DNA from: Candidatus Krumholzibacteriota bacterium
GTDB lineage: Bacteria; Krumholzibacteriota; Krumholzibacteriia; JAJRXK01
Assembly: GCA_963806035.1 (NCBI GenBank)
Contig: CAWDWO010000013.1
Coordinates: forward strand, 86,803 to 150,802
Direction of reading: 5' to 3'
DNA: 64,000 nt
In this document: piece after piece, positions 36,075 to 46,627 of the stretch
How positions within the stretch are numbered: the stretch's first letter is position 1
Layout: each line of letters begins with the position of its first letter
Position numbers and translations under genes: made by a program
The notes under the pieces: generated by a model
What the model saw: only the letters and a program-made list of their open reading frames with translations
Database searches by the model: none
Told to the model about the DNA's origin: nothing

Positions 36075-38101
36075 TGGATCCCGAGACTCACCGGGTGGTG
36101 AGTGCGCCCGCCCGCTATTGCGAGGTCGCGCTCGCCCTGCCATTGCCGCAGACCTTCAGCTACGAGGTGCCCGAGGAACTCGCCGAGGGGCTCGGGCCGG
36201 GCTCCGTCGTGCGTGTTCCCTTCGCCCGGCGCGAGCGAGTCGGGGTCGTGACTTCCCTGAGCGAGACTCCTCCGCCGGTGCGCGCTTTGAAAGAGCTGCG
36301 CGCCGATCTGGGAGAGGCCTATCGCCTTTCCGAGCTGGCGCTGTCCTTGGGGAACTGGGTCGCCTCGTACTACGCCTGCTCCCTGGGGGAAGCCCTGGCG
36401 CTGTTCTTCCCGCCGCGGCCGGGAACCGCCGCGCGCAAATCGCCCCTGGAAGAAGTGGCGGCCGATCCCGAGCCTCCGCACGAACTCTCCGAGGACCAGG
36501 AGGCTGCGCTGCGTTGCGTGCTCGAGCCACTTCTGAAGGGGGAATACGAGAGCTTCCTCTTGCACGGGGTCACGGGCAGCGGCAAGACCGAGGTCTACCT
36601 GCACGCGATCCAGCGAGCCATCGAATTGGGCAAGTCCGCGCTGGTCCTGTTGCCGGAGATCGCGCTCACTCCCCAGACCCTGGGCCGTCTGCGCGCGCGC
36701 TTTCCCAACCGAGTGGCGCCGTATCACTCTCGCCTGAGTCACGGCGAGCGCTGCGCGGTGTGGGAGGCCGCTGCAGCGGGCGAAGTTTCCGTGGTGGTGG
36801 GGGCGAGGAGCTCGGCCTTCGTTCCGCTCAAGGATCTGGGCTTGATCGTGGTCGACGAGGAGCACGACTCCAGCTACAAGGCCGACGACCGGCCACGCTA
36901 CCACGCTCGTGATCTCGCCCTGATGCGCGCGCGTATGGGCAAGATCCCCATCATTTTGGGATCGGCCACGCCCAGCCTCGAGAGCTACCACAATGCGCAG
37001 CTGGGCAAGCATCGACGCCTGGTTCTACCCTCCCGCATGGGGGAGGTGGATCTGCCCGCGGTGGAGATCGTGGACCTGAGGCGCAAGGAGGAGTCAGGGG
37101 AAGGACCGCTCGGGCCGCGCTTGGACGCGGCTCTGGAAGAGGTTCTGAAGCGCGGAGAACAGGCCATTCTCCTGCACAATCGACGCGGCTTCGCGCGCTT
37201 CGTGCAGTGTCACGCCTGTGGGCACGTCGAGAGCTGTCCCTCCTGCGACATCTCCCTCACCTGGCATTTGAAGAGCGACCACTTGCGCTGCCACTACTGT
37301 GGCCACCGCCGGGCGCGGCCCACCACTTGCCCCGAGTGCGCCCAGCGCGTGTTCCGGCCGCACGGCACGGGGACTCAGAGGGTGGAGTTGGCGCTGCAAT
37401 CGCGCTTTCCGGCTGCCCGCGTCCTGCGCCTGGATCAGGACACGAGTTCCACCAAGCGCGGGCATCAGGAGATCCTGGAGAAATTCGCCGCCGGCGAGGC
37501 CGACTTCCTGTTGGGAACGCAGATGGTGGCCAAGGGGCTGCACTTCCCCCGGGTCAGCGTGGTCGGCGTGATCAGCGCCGACGCCGGCCTGCACTTTCCG
37601 GATCTGCGCGCGCACGAACGCGCGTTCCAATTGCTCACTCAAGTCGCGGGGCGCAGCGGGCGAACTTCCCCGGGCCGCGTCATCCTGCAGACTTACGATC
37701 CCGAGCATCGGGTCCTACGCCGGGTGCTCGGGCACGACGTGGAGGGTTTCTTGGCGGAGGAAATCGAGCAACGCCGGATTCTGGGCTACCCCCCGGTCAG
37801 ACGACTCAGCGCCATCCTGGTCACCGCCGCGAGCGAAGAGGACCTGGATCAGGGCCTGGCCCGGCTCGCGCGCCGCTTGAGAGCTCTGCTCGAGGGGACC
37901 GAAGTGGAAATTTTGGGACCGGCCCGCGCCGCCCTCCCGCGCATCAACCGGCGATTTCGCGGTCAGATCTTGCTCAAGGGCAGTCTCAGCGCGCAGGGGA
38001 AACAGCGCATTTTGGAAGTATTGAGCGAGCTCGCGAGCGCCGAAAAGGGACGCAAGCGGCTGGATCTGGCGCTCGACGTGGATCCACAACACTTGCTCTG
38101 A
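36074..38101 (+). CDS. priA: Primosomal protein N'
   Basis: GVTGSGKTEVY, PEIALT, VDEEHD, GSATPS, two Zn knuckles, GTQMVAKG, QVAGRSGR and DVDP motifs. Confidence 0.97.
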   Translation: MDPETHRVVSAPARYCEVALALPLPQTFSYEVPEELAEGLGPGSVVRVPFARRERVGVVTSLSETPPPVRALKELRADLGEAYRLSELALSLGNWVASYYACSLGEALALFFPPRPGTAARKSPLEEVAADPEPPHELSEDQEAALRCVLEPLLKGEYESFLLHGVTGSGKTEVYLHAIQRAIELGKSALVLLPEIALTPQTLGRLRARFPNRVAPYHSRLSHGERCAVWEAAAAGEVSVVVGARSSAFVPLKDLGLIVVDEEHDSSYKADDRPRYHARDLALMRARMGKIPIILGSATPSLESYHNAQLGKHRRLVLPSRMGEVDLPAVEIVDLRRKEESGEGPLGPRLDAALEEVLKRGEQAILLHNRRGFARFVQCHACGHVESCPSCDISLTWHLKSDHLRCHYCGHRRARPTTCPECAQRVFRPHGTGTQRVELALQSRFPAARVLRLDQDTSSTKRGHQEILEKFAAGEADFLLGTQMVAKGLHFPRVSVVGVISADAGLHFPDLRAHERAFQLLTQVAGRSGRTSPGRVILQTYDPEHRVLRRVLGHDVEGFLAEEIEQRRILGYPPVRRLSAILVTAASEEDLDQGLARLARRLRALLEGTEVEILGPARAALPRINRRFRGQILLKGSLSAQGKQRILEVLSELASAEKGRKRLDLALDVDPQHLL

Positions 38102-38179
38102 GGGAGTCAGGAGCACTATCTTGTTGCCAGTTCCGGCCTGCCCCGGGGCAAGACCGGAGCGTTTCTAGAGCTCGATTGG

Positions 38180-38210
38180 TTGACAAATCCTCGCGGTGAC
38201 GCTTATACCT
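38180..38210 (+). promoter_or_regulatory. Possible sigma70 promoter for the TPR lipoprotein
   Basis: TTGACA (38180-85) with TTATACCT about 17-18 nt downstream. Confidence 0.45.
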
Positions 38211-38417
38211 AGAGCGGTACCGCGGAGATTCCCCGCTGCGCTGAGCCGTACGGGGACCTTCTTCGGAGAACACCTCGCGCTACTTTCTACTCCTGCTTCC
38301 CAATGCAACTGAGGATCGAGTTTGGGTCCGTCCGTCTGGCATTAGTGTGATGAGGAGTCACTGTCGACTGTGTTCGCCTCGGGGCGCACAGCGAGAACTA
38401 CATGGGGAGAACCCGGC

Positions 38418-39605
38418 ATGCGAATGAGTTTGAGATCCGTGACCGTGCTGCTCTTGGCGCTACTCGCGGGGATCTACGGTTGTAAGCACCCCTTCGTCAA
38501 CTCGGGCAACATCTATCTGGACCAGGGAATGCTTCCCAAGGCGGAGGCTTGCTATCGCGTCGCGCTCTCCGAAGAGCCGAACAACGGCGAGGCCCACTTC
38601 CAGCTGGCCTACACTCTCAGCGAGATGGCCAAGCAGCACCTGTCCAATGGAGAGATGGACTCCGCGCGAGTCAAGTTCGTCGAGGCGACCAAGAACTACA
38701 TGGAAGCCGCGAAGATCGATTCCGCGCAGTGGGCCGACGAGGCCGAGCTCAACATGTCCTCCAACTTCGCGCGCGTCTTCAACGAGGGATCCAAGTTGAT
38801 CCGCAACGACGACCCCGCCGCGGCGCTGGAGTACTACAAGCTCGCCTACCAGATCGACCCCGAGGGCGAGAACGGCGCACGGGCCCAGCTCAACATCGTC
38901 CAGCTCACCTATCAACAGCTCACCGACAAGTATCGTCTGGCCCAGAGTTCCGACGACAAAGAGGGTGAGCAGAAGGCCAAGGACGAAGCCAGCGATCTCT
39001 TGACCCGAGTCGACAAGGCGCTTCCCAAGGTGACCGACAGCGAGACCAAGCGCACCTTCGTCGAAGTGAAGGCGGCCATCTTGCGCATGCTCGATCGCGA
39101 CGAAGAAGCGAGGAAGATCTACGAGGATCTTCTCGAAGAAAATCCAGACGACATCAACCTCATGTTGACCCTGGCGCGTTCGCAAAAGGAACAGGGCGAC
39201 GATCAGGGAGCGGCGGAGTTCTTCCAGCGAGCGCTCGATCAGATCTCGATCGCTCCGGTGATCAACGAAGACGGCCGCTACGACTACGTGTACGCCGAGA
39301 CGGCGCGCGCGTATTTCCGGGCCGCCGAGTACGAGAAGGCCATCGAGGCCTTCAAACAAGCCCTGGACGTGGCCAAGACCGACGTCGAACGCATCGACTT
39401 CTACGACCGGATTTCAGTCGCCTATTTCCAGTTGGAGCAATACGAGAAGGCCATCGAATACGCCAAGCAGGTGGTCGACCTCGATCCAGAAAATCTCAAC
39501 GCGTGGCAGATCCAGTGCCGTGCGCTCGGCCGTCTCGACCGACAGGCCGATGCCGAAAAGGCCTGCGCTCGTTTCTACGAACTGCGAGACGCGCAGGACC
39601 AATAG
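38418..39605 (+). CDS. TPR-repeat lipoprotein
   Basis: GGAG RBS, lipobox IYG/C, multiple TPR motifs. Confidence 0.8.
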   Translation: MRMSLRSVTVLLLALLAGIYGCKHPFVNSGNIYLDQGMLPKAEACYRVALSEEPNNGEAHFQLAYTLSEMAKQHLSNGEMDSARVKFVEATKNYMEAAKIDSAQWADEAELNMSSNFARVFNEGSKLIRNDDPAAALEYYKLAYQIDPEGENGARAQLNIVQLTYQQLTDKYRLAQSSDDKEGEQKAKDEASDLLTRVDKALPKVTDSETKRTFVEVKAAILRMLDRDEEARKIYEDLLEENPDDINLMLTLARSQKEQGDDQGAAEFFQRALDQISIAPVINEDGRYDYVYAETARAYFRAAEYEKAIEAFKQALDVAKTDVERIDFYDRISVAYFQLEQYEKAIEYAKQVVDLDPENLNAWQIQCRALGRLDRQADAEKACARFYELRDAQDQ

Positions 39606-39764
39606 ACACGGCTCGGACGCTGGGCGGCATGTCTCATGCTATGATTGCCGCCCAGTCCCCGGGTCCCAAGTATCTCGACCCATGGTGGACTCTCCACCCT
39701 GGACATCACCAAAACGTTCAACCCGGCGGGTTTCCCAACTCGGATTTTCCCGTCCCCCAACGCC

Positions 39765-41207
39765 TTGAACCCACTAAAACGAAGAACCGTACGAAAGAAA
39801 TCCACCAAGACCCGTGCATCCAAGCTGGCCGCGAATGCGACTGACTCTTCCGACGAAGTAATGGACGACGCGGACGACAACTCCGAAGCCCTTCAAGACG
39901 AAGAGAGCGGCGGCGAGGACATCGCCCAGCTCGACATCGGCGAATTGAAGCAGATGACGATCCAACAGCTCATGGAGCTCGCGGACCAGTATGGAATCGA
40001 GGGGATGGCGCACCTGCGCAAGCAGGAGCTGATCTTCAAGATTCTGGAGGGCCAGGTCGAACGCAAGGGACTCATCTTCGCCGAGGGCGTCCTGCAAGTC
40101 CTCGCGGAAGGTTATGGCTTCCTGCGTTCACCGGATTACAACTACCTGCCCGGCCCGGACGACATCTATCTCTCTCCTTCGCAGATCAAGAAGTTCGATC
40201 TGCGCACCGGAGACACCATCTCGGGTCAGGTACGTCCCCCGAAGGACAGCGAGCGCTACTTCGCGCTGTTGAAAGTCGAGGCCGTCAACTTCGAAAATCC
40301 GGAGCTGGCCAAACAAAAGCCGCTGTTCGACAACCTCACTCCGCTCTATCCCGACGAGTGGCTCTATCTCTCGGAAAGCAAGAACGAGAAGGGCGAGTGG
40401 GTGCCGGGCGGCAAGGACCTGAGCATGCGCGTGGTCGATCTGCTCTGTCCCATCGGCAAGGGCCAGCGTGGACTGATCGTGGCGCCGCCGCGCACGGGAA
40501 AGACGGTGCTTCTGCAGAAGCTGGCCAACAGCATCGCCCAGAACCATCCCGAGACCCTACTCATCGTGCTCTTGATCGACGAGCGGCCCGAGGAAGTCAC
40601 CGACATGCAGCGCACGGTGAACGGCGAAGTGGTCTCTTCCACCTTCGACGAGCCGGCTGAGCGTCACGTGCAGGTGGCGGCCATGGTCATCAAGAAGGCC
40701 AAGCGGCTGGTGGAGCACGGCCACGACGTGGTCATCCTGCTCGACTCGATCACCCGTCTCGCGCGTGCCCACAACACGGTGGTGCCTCACAGCGGCAAGA
40801 TTCTCTCCGGTGGTGTGGACGCCAACGCCCTGCAGCGCCCCAAGCGTTTCTTCGGCGCGGCGCGCAACATCGAGGAGGGGGGAAGCCTCACCATCATCGC
40901 CACCGCTCTCATCGAGACCGGCAGCCGCATGGACGAGGTGATCTTCGAGGAATTCAAGGGCACGGGAAACATGGAGCTGGTGCTCGACCGCAAGCTCTCC
41001 GATCGGCGCATCTTCCCCTCCATCGACATCTTCAAGAGTGGAACGCGCAAGGAAGAGCTGCTGGTGGACCCCAAGGAGCTCAACAAGGTCTGGGTCCTGC
41101 GGAAGTTCCTCAACGACCGGACCCCGCAGGAGGCCATGGAGTTCCTCCTGGACAAACTCTCCAAGACCGAGGGCAATCAGCAGTTCCTCGATTCGATGAA
41201 CGCCTGA
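39765..41207 (+). CDS. rho: Transcription termination factor Rho (start uncertain: TTG 39765 or ATG 39861)
   Basis: [58 protein letters not shown] and SGTRKEELL motifs. Confidence 0.97.
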   Translation: MNPLKRRTVRKKSTKTRASKLAANATDSSDEVMDDADDNSEALQDEESGGEDIAQLDIGELKQMTIQQLMELADQYGIEGMAHLRKQELIFKILEGQVERKGLIFAEGVLQVLAEGYGFLRSPDYNYLPGPDDIYLSPSQIKKFDLRTGDTISGQVRPPKDSERYFALLKVEAVNFENPELAKQKPLFDNLTPLYPDEWLYLSESKNEKGEWVPGGKDLSMRVVDLLCPIGKGQRGLIVAPPRTGKTVLLQKLANSIAQNHPETLLIVLLIDERPEEVTDMQRTVNGEVVSSTFDEPAERHVQVAAMVIKKAKRLVEHGHDVVILLDSITRLARAHNTVVPHSGKILSGGVDANALQRPKRFFGAARNIEEGGSLTIIATALIETGSRMDEVIFEEFKGTGNMELVLDRKLSDRRIFPSIDIFKSGTRKEELLVDPKELNKVWVLRKFLNDRTPQEAMEFLLDKLSKTEGNQQFLDSMNA

Positions 41208-41370
41208 GGAGGCCACCGCGCGCAAGTTCCTGGTGTACAAGGGATTGGGCCTTCCGATTTGCGCCGGCCTGGGCCCTATGCTACCCTTGTACGCCTGCGT
41301 CCCATCGATCACGGACGATTGGTGCAACCCGCAGCGATGCCCGAGGGGCGTCCCAACCAGGATGAGAACT

Positions 41371-41580
41371 ATGAAAAACGGAATCCATCCCAACTACGTT
41401 CCCACCAAGATCATTTGCCTGTGCGGCAACGAGGTGGAAACGCGCAGCACAGCCGGACCGGAAATCCACGTGGAAATCTGCTCGGCGTGTCATCCGTTCT
41501 ACACCGGACAGCAGAAGATCGTCGATACGGCGGGCCGCGTGGAACGCTTCAAGCGCCGCTACGAGAAGAAAAAGGCCTAG
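41371..41580 (+). CDS. rpmE: 50S ribosomal protein L31, zinc-binding type
   Basis: MKNGIHPNY...CLCG...[22 protein letters not shown]. Confidence 0.97.
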   Translation: MKNGIHPNYVPTKIICLCGNEVETRSTAGPEIHVEICSACHPFYTGQQKIVDTAGRVERFKRRYEKKKA

Positions 41581-41647
41581 CCTTAGTTCTTGCCTGCCGG
41601 CGCTCTTTTCCTCCACAGGCGGAGCCGAGATGGGGCTCCGAGGGCCC

Positions 41648-42607
41648 ATGGCTTCATCAAGCTCCAAGTTCGACCCCCGCTCTCTCGATCTGGCCGTCGG
41701 CGGCCAGGCCGTGTTGGAAGGCGTCATGATGCGCTGCCCCACCGCGGTCGCCACTGCGGTGCGGACGCCGAACGGCGAGATCGTCATCAAGCGCCGGCCC
41801 TACGTGGGCATCGTGAACCGCCGGCGTCTTCTGAACATTCCGCTGCTGCGCGGGGCCATCACCCTGGTGGAGAGCTTGGCGCTGGGATTCTCGAGCCTCA
41901 TGTATTCGGCCGAGCAGGCCCTGGAGGAAGAAGCGGTCTCGCGGGACGAACCGCGCCTGCGCGACCGGCTGAGCATGTGGGGCATGATGGCCTTCGCCTT
42001 CGTGTTCGGACTGGGGCTCTTCTTCTACCTGCCCTTGATCCTGGCCGAACTCACCGGGGTCAAAAGCGGTTTCGGCTTCAACCTCGTCGACGGCATGATG
42101 CGGCTCGCGATCTTCATGGCCTACCTGTTGATCATTTCCCGGATGAAGGACATGCGCCGGGTCTTTCAGTATCACGGGGCCGAGCACAAGACCATCCACG
42201 TCTTCGAACACGGATTGGAGCTGAAGCCGGAAAACGCGCGCCAGTTTCCCACCCTGCATCCGCGCTGCGGAACGAGCTTTTTGTTTTTCGTGATGTTCGT
42301 GAGCATTCTGGTCTTCCTCTTCATGGGCAGGCCGGAAGGCGTGGTGGAGAGGCTACAACGTCTCACCCTGGTTCCTCTCATCGGCGGAATCGCCTACGAA
42401 GTCATCAAGCTCAGCGGAAAGTACTCCGAGCGGGCGTGGATCAAGCCCCTCATCTGGCCCGGACTCATGCTCCAGAAGATCACCACCAAGGAACCTTCGG
42501 ACGAGCAAGTGGAAGTCGCGATGGCGGCGCTGAACTCGGTGCTGGAAGAGAGCGCACTCGATTTGGCTTCAAGGACCGTGCTCGAACTCGCCGAATCACC
42601 CTCTTAG
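41648..42607 (+). CDS. DUF1385 (YqhQ-like) membrane protein
   Basis: VGGQAVLEGVMM, P.LRG, FQYHGAEHKTI, HPRCGTSF and LQKITTKEP motifs. Confidence 0.9.
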   Translation: MASSSSKFDPRSLDLAVGGQAVLEGVMMRCPTAVATAVRTPNGEIVIKRRPYVGIVNRRRLLNIPLLRGAITLVESLALGFSSLMYSAEQALEEEAVSRDEPRLRDRLSMWGMMAFAFVFGLGLFFYLPLILAELTGVKSGFGFNLVDGMMRLAIFMAYLLIISRMKDMRRVFQYHGAEHKTIHVFEHGLELKPENARQFPTLHPRCGTSFLFFVMFVSILVFLFMGRPEGVVERLQRLTLVPLIGGIAYEVIKLSGKYSERAWIKPLIWPGLMLQKITTKEPSDEQVEVAMAALNSVLEESALDLASRTVLELAESPS

Positions 42608-42624
42608 CGCTCGGATAGTCGGTC

Positions 42625-43694
42625 ATGCGTGAACTCGTGGAATCAAGGCTGGCGCGGCTGGCCGAGGTCGAAGAGCTCCTGGCCGATCCTTCGGTCATGA
42701 ACGACCGCGCGCGCTACAAGGAATTCAGCCAGGAATACAAGCACCTGCGGCAGATCGCGGATCTCGGCCTTCCCTACCTGAAAGCTCTGGACGGAATCGA
42801 AGGGGCCAGGGCGCTGCTCGAGAGCGAGAGCGACTCGGAGATGCGGGAGTTGGCCAAGGAGGAGCTGCACGCCCTCACGGCCCGCTTGCCGGAAATGGAG
42901 GATTCGCTCGAGCTGCTGCTCCTGCCGCGCGACCCCGACGACTCGCGCGATGCGATTCTGGAGATTCGCGCCGGCACGGGGGGGAGGAGGCCGCTCTTTT
43001 CGCGGGCGACGTCGCGCGCATGTACCAGCGCTACGCCGAGCGCCAGGGTTGGAAACTGGAGATGCTGGAGTTCTCGCCCACCGCGACCGGGGCCACCAAG
43101 GAGGTCATCTTCTCCCTGCAGGGCGATGGCGCCTACGGACGCCTGCGCTACGAGAGCGGGGTGCATCGCGTACAGCGCGTCCCCGAAACCGAGAGCAGCG
43201 GGCGCATTCACACCTCGGCCTGCAGCGTGGTCGTGCTTCCCGAGGCGGAAGAGGTGGAGGTGGAGATCGAACCCAACGACCTGAAGGTGGACGTGTATCG
43301 CAGCAGCGGACCCGGCGGGCAGAGCGTGAACACCACCGACAGCGCCGTTCGCATCACCCACATCCCGACCGGCCTGGTGGTGACCTGTCAGGACGAGAAG
43401 AGTCAGCACAAGAACAAGGCCAAGGCCATGCGAGTTCTGCAGGCCCGCCTGTACGAAATCGAGCGAGCGAAGCAGCACGAAGCCGAAGCGAAGGAACGCA
43501 AGGCGGCGGTAGCCGGCGGCGATCGCAGCGCGAAGATCCGCACCTACAACTTTCCGCAGCAGCGCGTCACCGATCACCGCGTCAACTACACCTCCCACGA
43601 GCTGAACAAGATTCTGGACGGCGAGCTGGATCCCATGCTCGATTTTCTCTTGCTGAATTTCCGCCAGCAGCTGCTCCAGGAGCAAGGGGACTAG
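42625..43694 (+). CDS. prfA: Peptide chain release factor 1, split by a -1 frameshift in a G7 run at 42978-42984
   Basis: Frame A runs to EIRAGTGG; frame B continues EEAALFAGD...[13 protein letters not shown] (PxT, RF1-specific), [17 protein letters not shown]; followed by prmC. Confidence 0.93.
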
Positions 43695-43697
43695 GCA

Positions 43698-44561
43698 ATG
43701 GCGAAAGCCAAGGCCGGCAGTTGGACTCCTCTGGAGCTCATCCGGGTTTCAGCGGAGTATTTGGCCGACCAGGGAGTTCCCTCCCCCCGTCTCGACGCCG
43801 AACTCCTGCTGGCCCACGTCCTGCAGCTGGACCGGCTCCAGCTCTACTTGCAGCACGAACGGCCTCTGATTCGCGAGGAGTTGGATCGCTACCGCGAGCT
43901 CATTCGCCGCCGCGCTCGACGGGAACCTCTGCAGCTCCTCACCGGCAGCGCCCGCATCCTGGATCTGGATTTCATGGTGGCGCCCGGCGTGTTCATTCCC
44001 CGGCCGGAAACCGAGACCCTGATCGAAGTGGTCAAGACCCTTCCCGAGCCCTCCACGATGGTGGAAGTGGGCCTGGGCAGCGGAGCGGTCGGCATCAGTC
44101 TTCTCGTGTACTGGCCCAAGGCCCGCCTGGTGGGTTTCGAGATCTCGGAGACCGCGGCGCGCGTGAGCCGGAGCAATGCCGAGAAGCACGGCGTGGCGGA
44201 GAGGATGGAGATCGTGGAGGGCGACGCGTACGCCGAATCCCTGCGCTCGCGCTGGGGGGGCTGTGAGCTGGTGGTGTCCAATCCTCCCTACATCGCCGAG
44301 GGTGAAGAGTTGGAGCCCGAGGTGATCGATCACGACCCCAAGGTGGCGCTGTTCGCCGGGCCCGACGGTCTCGAGGAAATTCGAAAGCTGTGCGCGGCGG
44401 CCGCGGCCGCCCTGACCCCTGGCGGCTGGCTGGCGTTCGAGCACGGATGGGATCAAGAGAGCGAAGTCGCACTCATCCTGGCGCAAGGTCCCTTCGAGGG
44501 AGTAGTGTGCCACCGCGACCTCGCGGGGCGTCCCCGCGTGAGCTGTGCTCGTCGCACCTAA
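43698..44561 (+). CDS. prmC: Release factor glutamine methyltransferase
   Basis: PRLDAELLL, EPLQ, FIPRPETE, EVGLGSG, VSNPPY and FEHG motifs. Confidence 0.95.
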   Translation: MAKAKAGSWTPLELIRVSAEYLADQGVPSPRLDAELLLAHVLQLDRLQLYLQHERPLIREELDRYRELIRRRARREPLQLLTGSARILDLDFMVAPGVFIPRPETETLIEVVKTLPEPSTMVEVGLGSGAVGISLLVYWPKARLVGFEISETAARVSRSNAEKHGVAERMEIVEGDAYAESLRSRWGGCELVVSNPPYIAEGEELEPEVIDHDPKVALFAGPDGLEEIRKLCAAAAAALTPGGWLAFEHGWDQESEVALILAQGPFEGVVCHRDLAGRPRVSCARRT

Positions 44562-44566
44562 AAGCC

Positions 44567-46052
44567 ATGAACTTTCGCAATGCCGTCTATCTGTGGTCCG
44601 GAGTTCCTCTCCTTCTGGGAGCGGGACTCTTGCCCAGTCTCATCATTTCCTTGATCGACAAGGACGGCCTGGCCTTCGTCTTCGCGGAAACCGCCCTGAT
44701 TCTCCTCGTCCTGGGGCTGGCCGCCCGCTATCTGGGCCGCTCACCCCAGAGGCTCGAGCCGGCGCTTTCGAACCTGGTCGTGGTGATGGCGTGGCTGGGA
44801 GCGGGTTTCCTGGGCGCTCTCCCCTACTTTCTCGGCGGAATCCTGCCCTCCCTGACCGCCTCCGTGTTCGAAAGCGTGTCGGGCTTCACCGCGACCGGGA
44901 GCACCGTCCTCACCAACATCGAAGCGACCCCGCACAGCTTGCTGTTCTGGCGTTCCCTCACGCACTGGATCGGCGGCATCGGCATCATTCTGATGGTTCT
45001 GGCCGTGCTTCCGCGCACGGTGGGCAGTCGCATGCTCTACGGCGCGGAGGCTCCTCTGAGTCTGGACGCCCAGCCGCAGCCCCGCATCTCGGCCATCATC
45101 CGCTCCTATCTGACCATCTATACCGGCCTCACCGCGGTGCAGGTGATTCTGCTGGTCATGGGACCGATGACCCTCTTCGAAGCTTTCTGCCATTCCTTCG
45201 CATCCATCGCCGGAGGCGGCTTCTCCACCCGCGCTCTCAGCATCGGTGCCTTCCACGATCTCTACACCGAGATCGTGCTCATGGTCTTCATGATGGCGGG
45301 AGCGACCTCGTTCTACGCGCACTTCCGCGCCCTCATCGAGCGCAAACCCCGAGCCTATCTGCAGAACGCGGAGGTGCGGCTCTTCGTCCTGATCACCCTC
45401 GTCTCCTCTCTGCTCTGCGCCGGCAGTCTGATGGCGCGTCAGGGTCTGAGCCCGGGTTCCGCGCTGCGCGACGGCAGCTTTCAGGTGGTGAGCATCATCA
45501 CCACCACCGGCTTCGCCACCCGCGACTTCGAACTCTGGCCGGTGATGCCACGCGTCCTTCTGATCGTCCTCATGTTCGTGGGGGGCTGCAGCGCGAGCAC
45601 CAGCGGCTCCATCAAGGTGGTGCGCTATCAGGTGACGGCGAAGAGTCTGCTGCTGCAATTGCGGCGCATTCTCCATCCGAACCTGGTGCAGGCCCTGCGC
45701 CTGGGAAAGCGGGTGTTGCAGAGCGAGCAGGTCGAGGCGGTGCAGCTCTACTTTCTGGCCTACCTGGGTCTGGCCACCACGGCGGTCCTGGGACTGAGTA
45801 TCTTGGGAGTGGACGGACTTTCGGCCATCACCGGAGTCGCGGCCACCCTGGGCAACGTGGGGCCCGGCCTGGGTCATGTGGGTCCCTTCGACGACTTCTC
45901 CCACCTCCCGCAGCTCGGCTCCTGGATTCTGGTGATCTGCATGCTGGCCGGCCGGCTGGAGATCCTGGGTTTGGCCACCCTTTTCCTGCCCGAGCTTTGG
46001 CGCTATGGTCGGCGCGGGGTACCACGACGAGCGAAGGGAAAGTCCTTCATGA
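44567..46052 (+). CDS. trkH: Trk potassium uptake membrane subunit TrkH; 3' end uncertain, reads in frame to 46624 as given
   Basis: FESVSGFTATG, WRSLTHWIGGIG, GGFS, TTTGF, MFVGGCSAST.GSIKV, LGNVGPGLG and MLAGRLE motifs. Confidence 0.9.
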
Positions 46053-46624
46053 CAAAGCTCAACCGAAGCATATGGATGCTCGTTCTTGTCCTGCTTGCCG
46101 CGAATCTCAGCGCATGTAGCGGCAAACCCGAATCCTATCCCGAGGCGCATCCCATCGTGGAGCAGACCGATCTCACTCCGCTCCACGACGCGGTCGAGCG
46201 CGTGCGGAAGGATCTCGAGCAGCTACGCTCGGTGCACGACGGAGATCAGCTTTCGCAGAAGCTTCTCGACGACGCGAATACTCATCTCGACGACATCCGC
46301 TACTACTTCGTACCCCTGAGCTCCGCGCGCGAGTCGGTCCTCAATGCTCTGCGAGAGGATTGGGGAAACAACCCCGCGCGTCGTGACAGTTTCTTGAGTC
46401 GAGCCCGCGTCCAGCTGATGAGCGTCATGGAGCACGCGGGTCCCCAGATCGAGAAGATGGTGGAAGTACAACTCGAGATGCTCACCGATGTCGAAGCAGA
46501 GGCGCGCGCCGGCAATGAGGTCCGTCAAAAAATCGAAGGACTTGCCGCGGAAATTCAACACGCGCTGACGGTTGCCCCTCTGGTGCTCGACGAAAACCGT
46601 TACCACAACCCCGCCGGGGAGTGA
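46049..46624 (+). CDS. Hypothetical helical lipoprotein, in frame with trkH in this assembly
   Basis: AAGGGA RBS before ATG 46049; signal MTKLNRSIWMLVLVLLAANLSA/C with lipobox. Confidence 0.65.
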   Translation: MTKLNRSIWMLVLVLLAANLSACSGKPESYPEAHPIVEQTDLTPLHDAVERVRKDLEQLRSVHDGDQLSQKLLDDANTHLDDIRYYFVPLSSARESVLNALREDWGNNPARRDSFLSRARVQLMSVMEHAGPQIEKMVEVQLEMLTDVEAEARAGNEVRQKIEGLAAEIQHALTVAPLVLDENRYHNPAGE

Positions 46625-46627
46625 GTC

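Noticed and set aside
42625..43694. prfB with its programmed +1 frameshift, or a prfA pseudogene indicating UAG reassignment
   Set aside because: The PET motif and prmC linkage identify RF1, there is no CTT-TGA site, both halves are otherwise intact, and many conserved genes here end in TAG.
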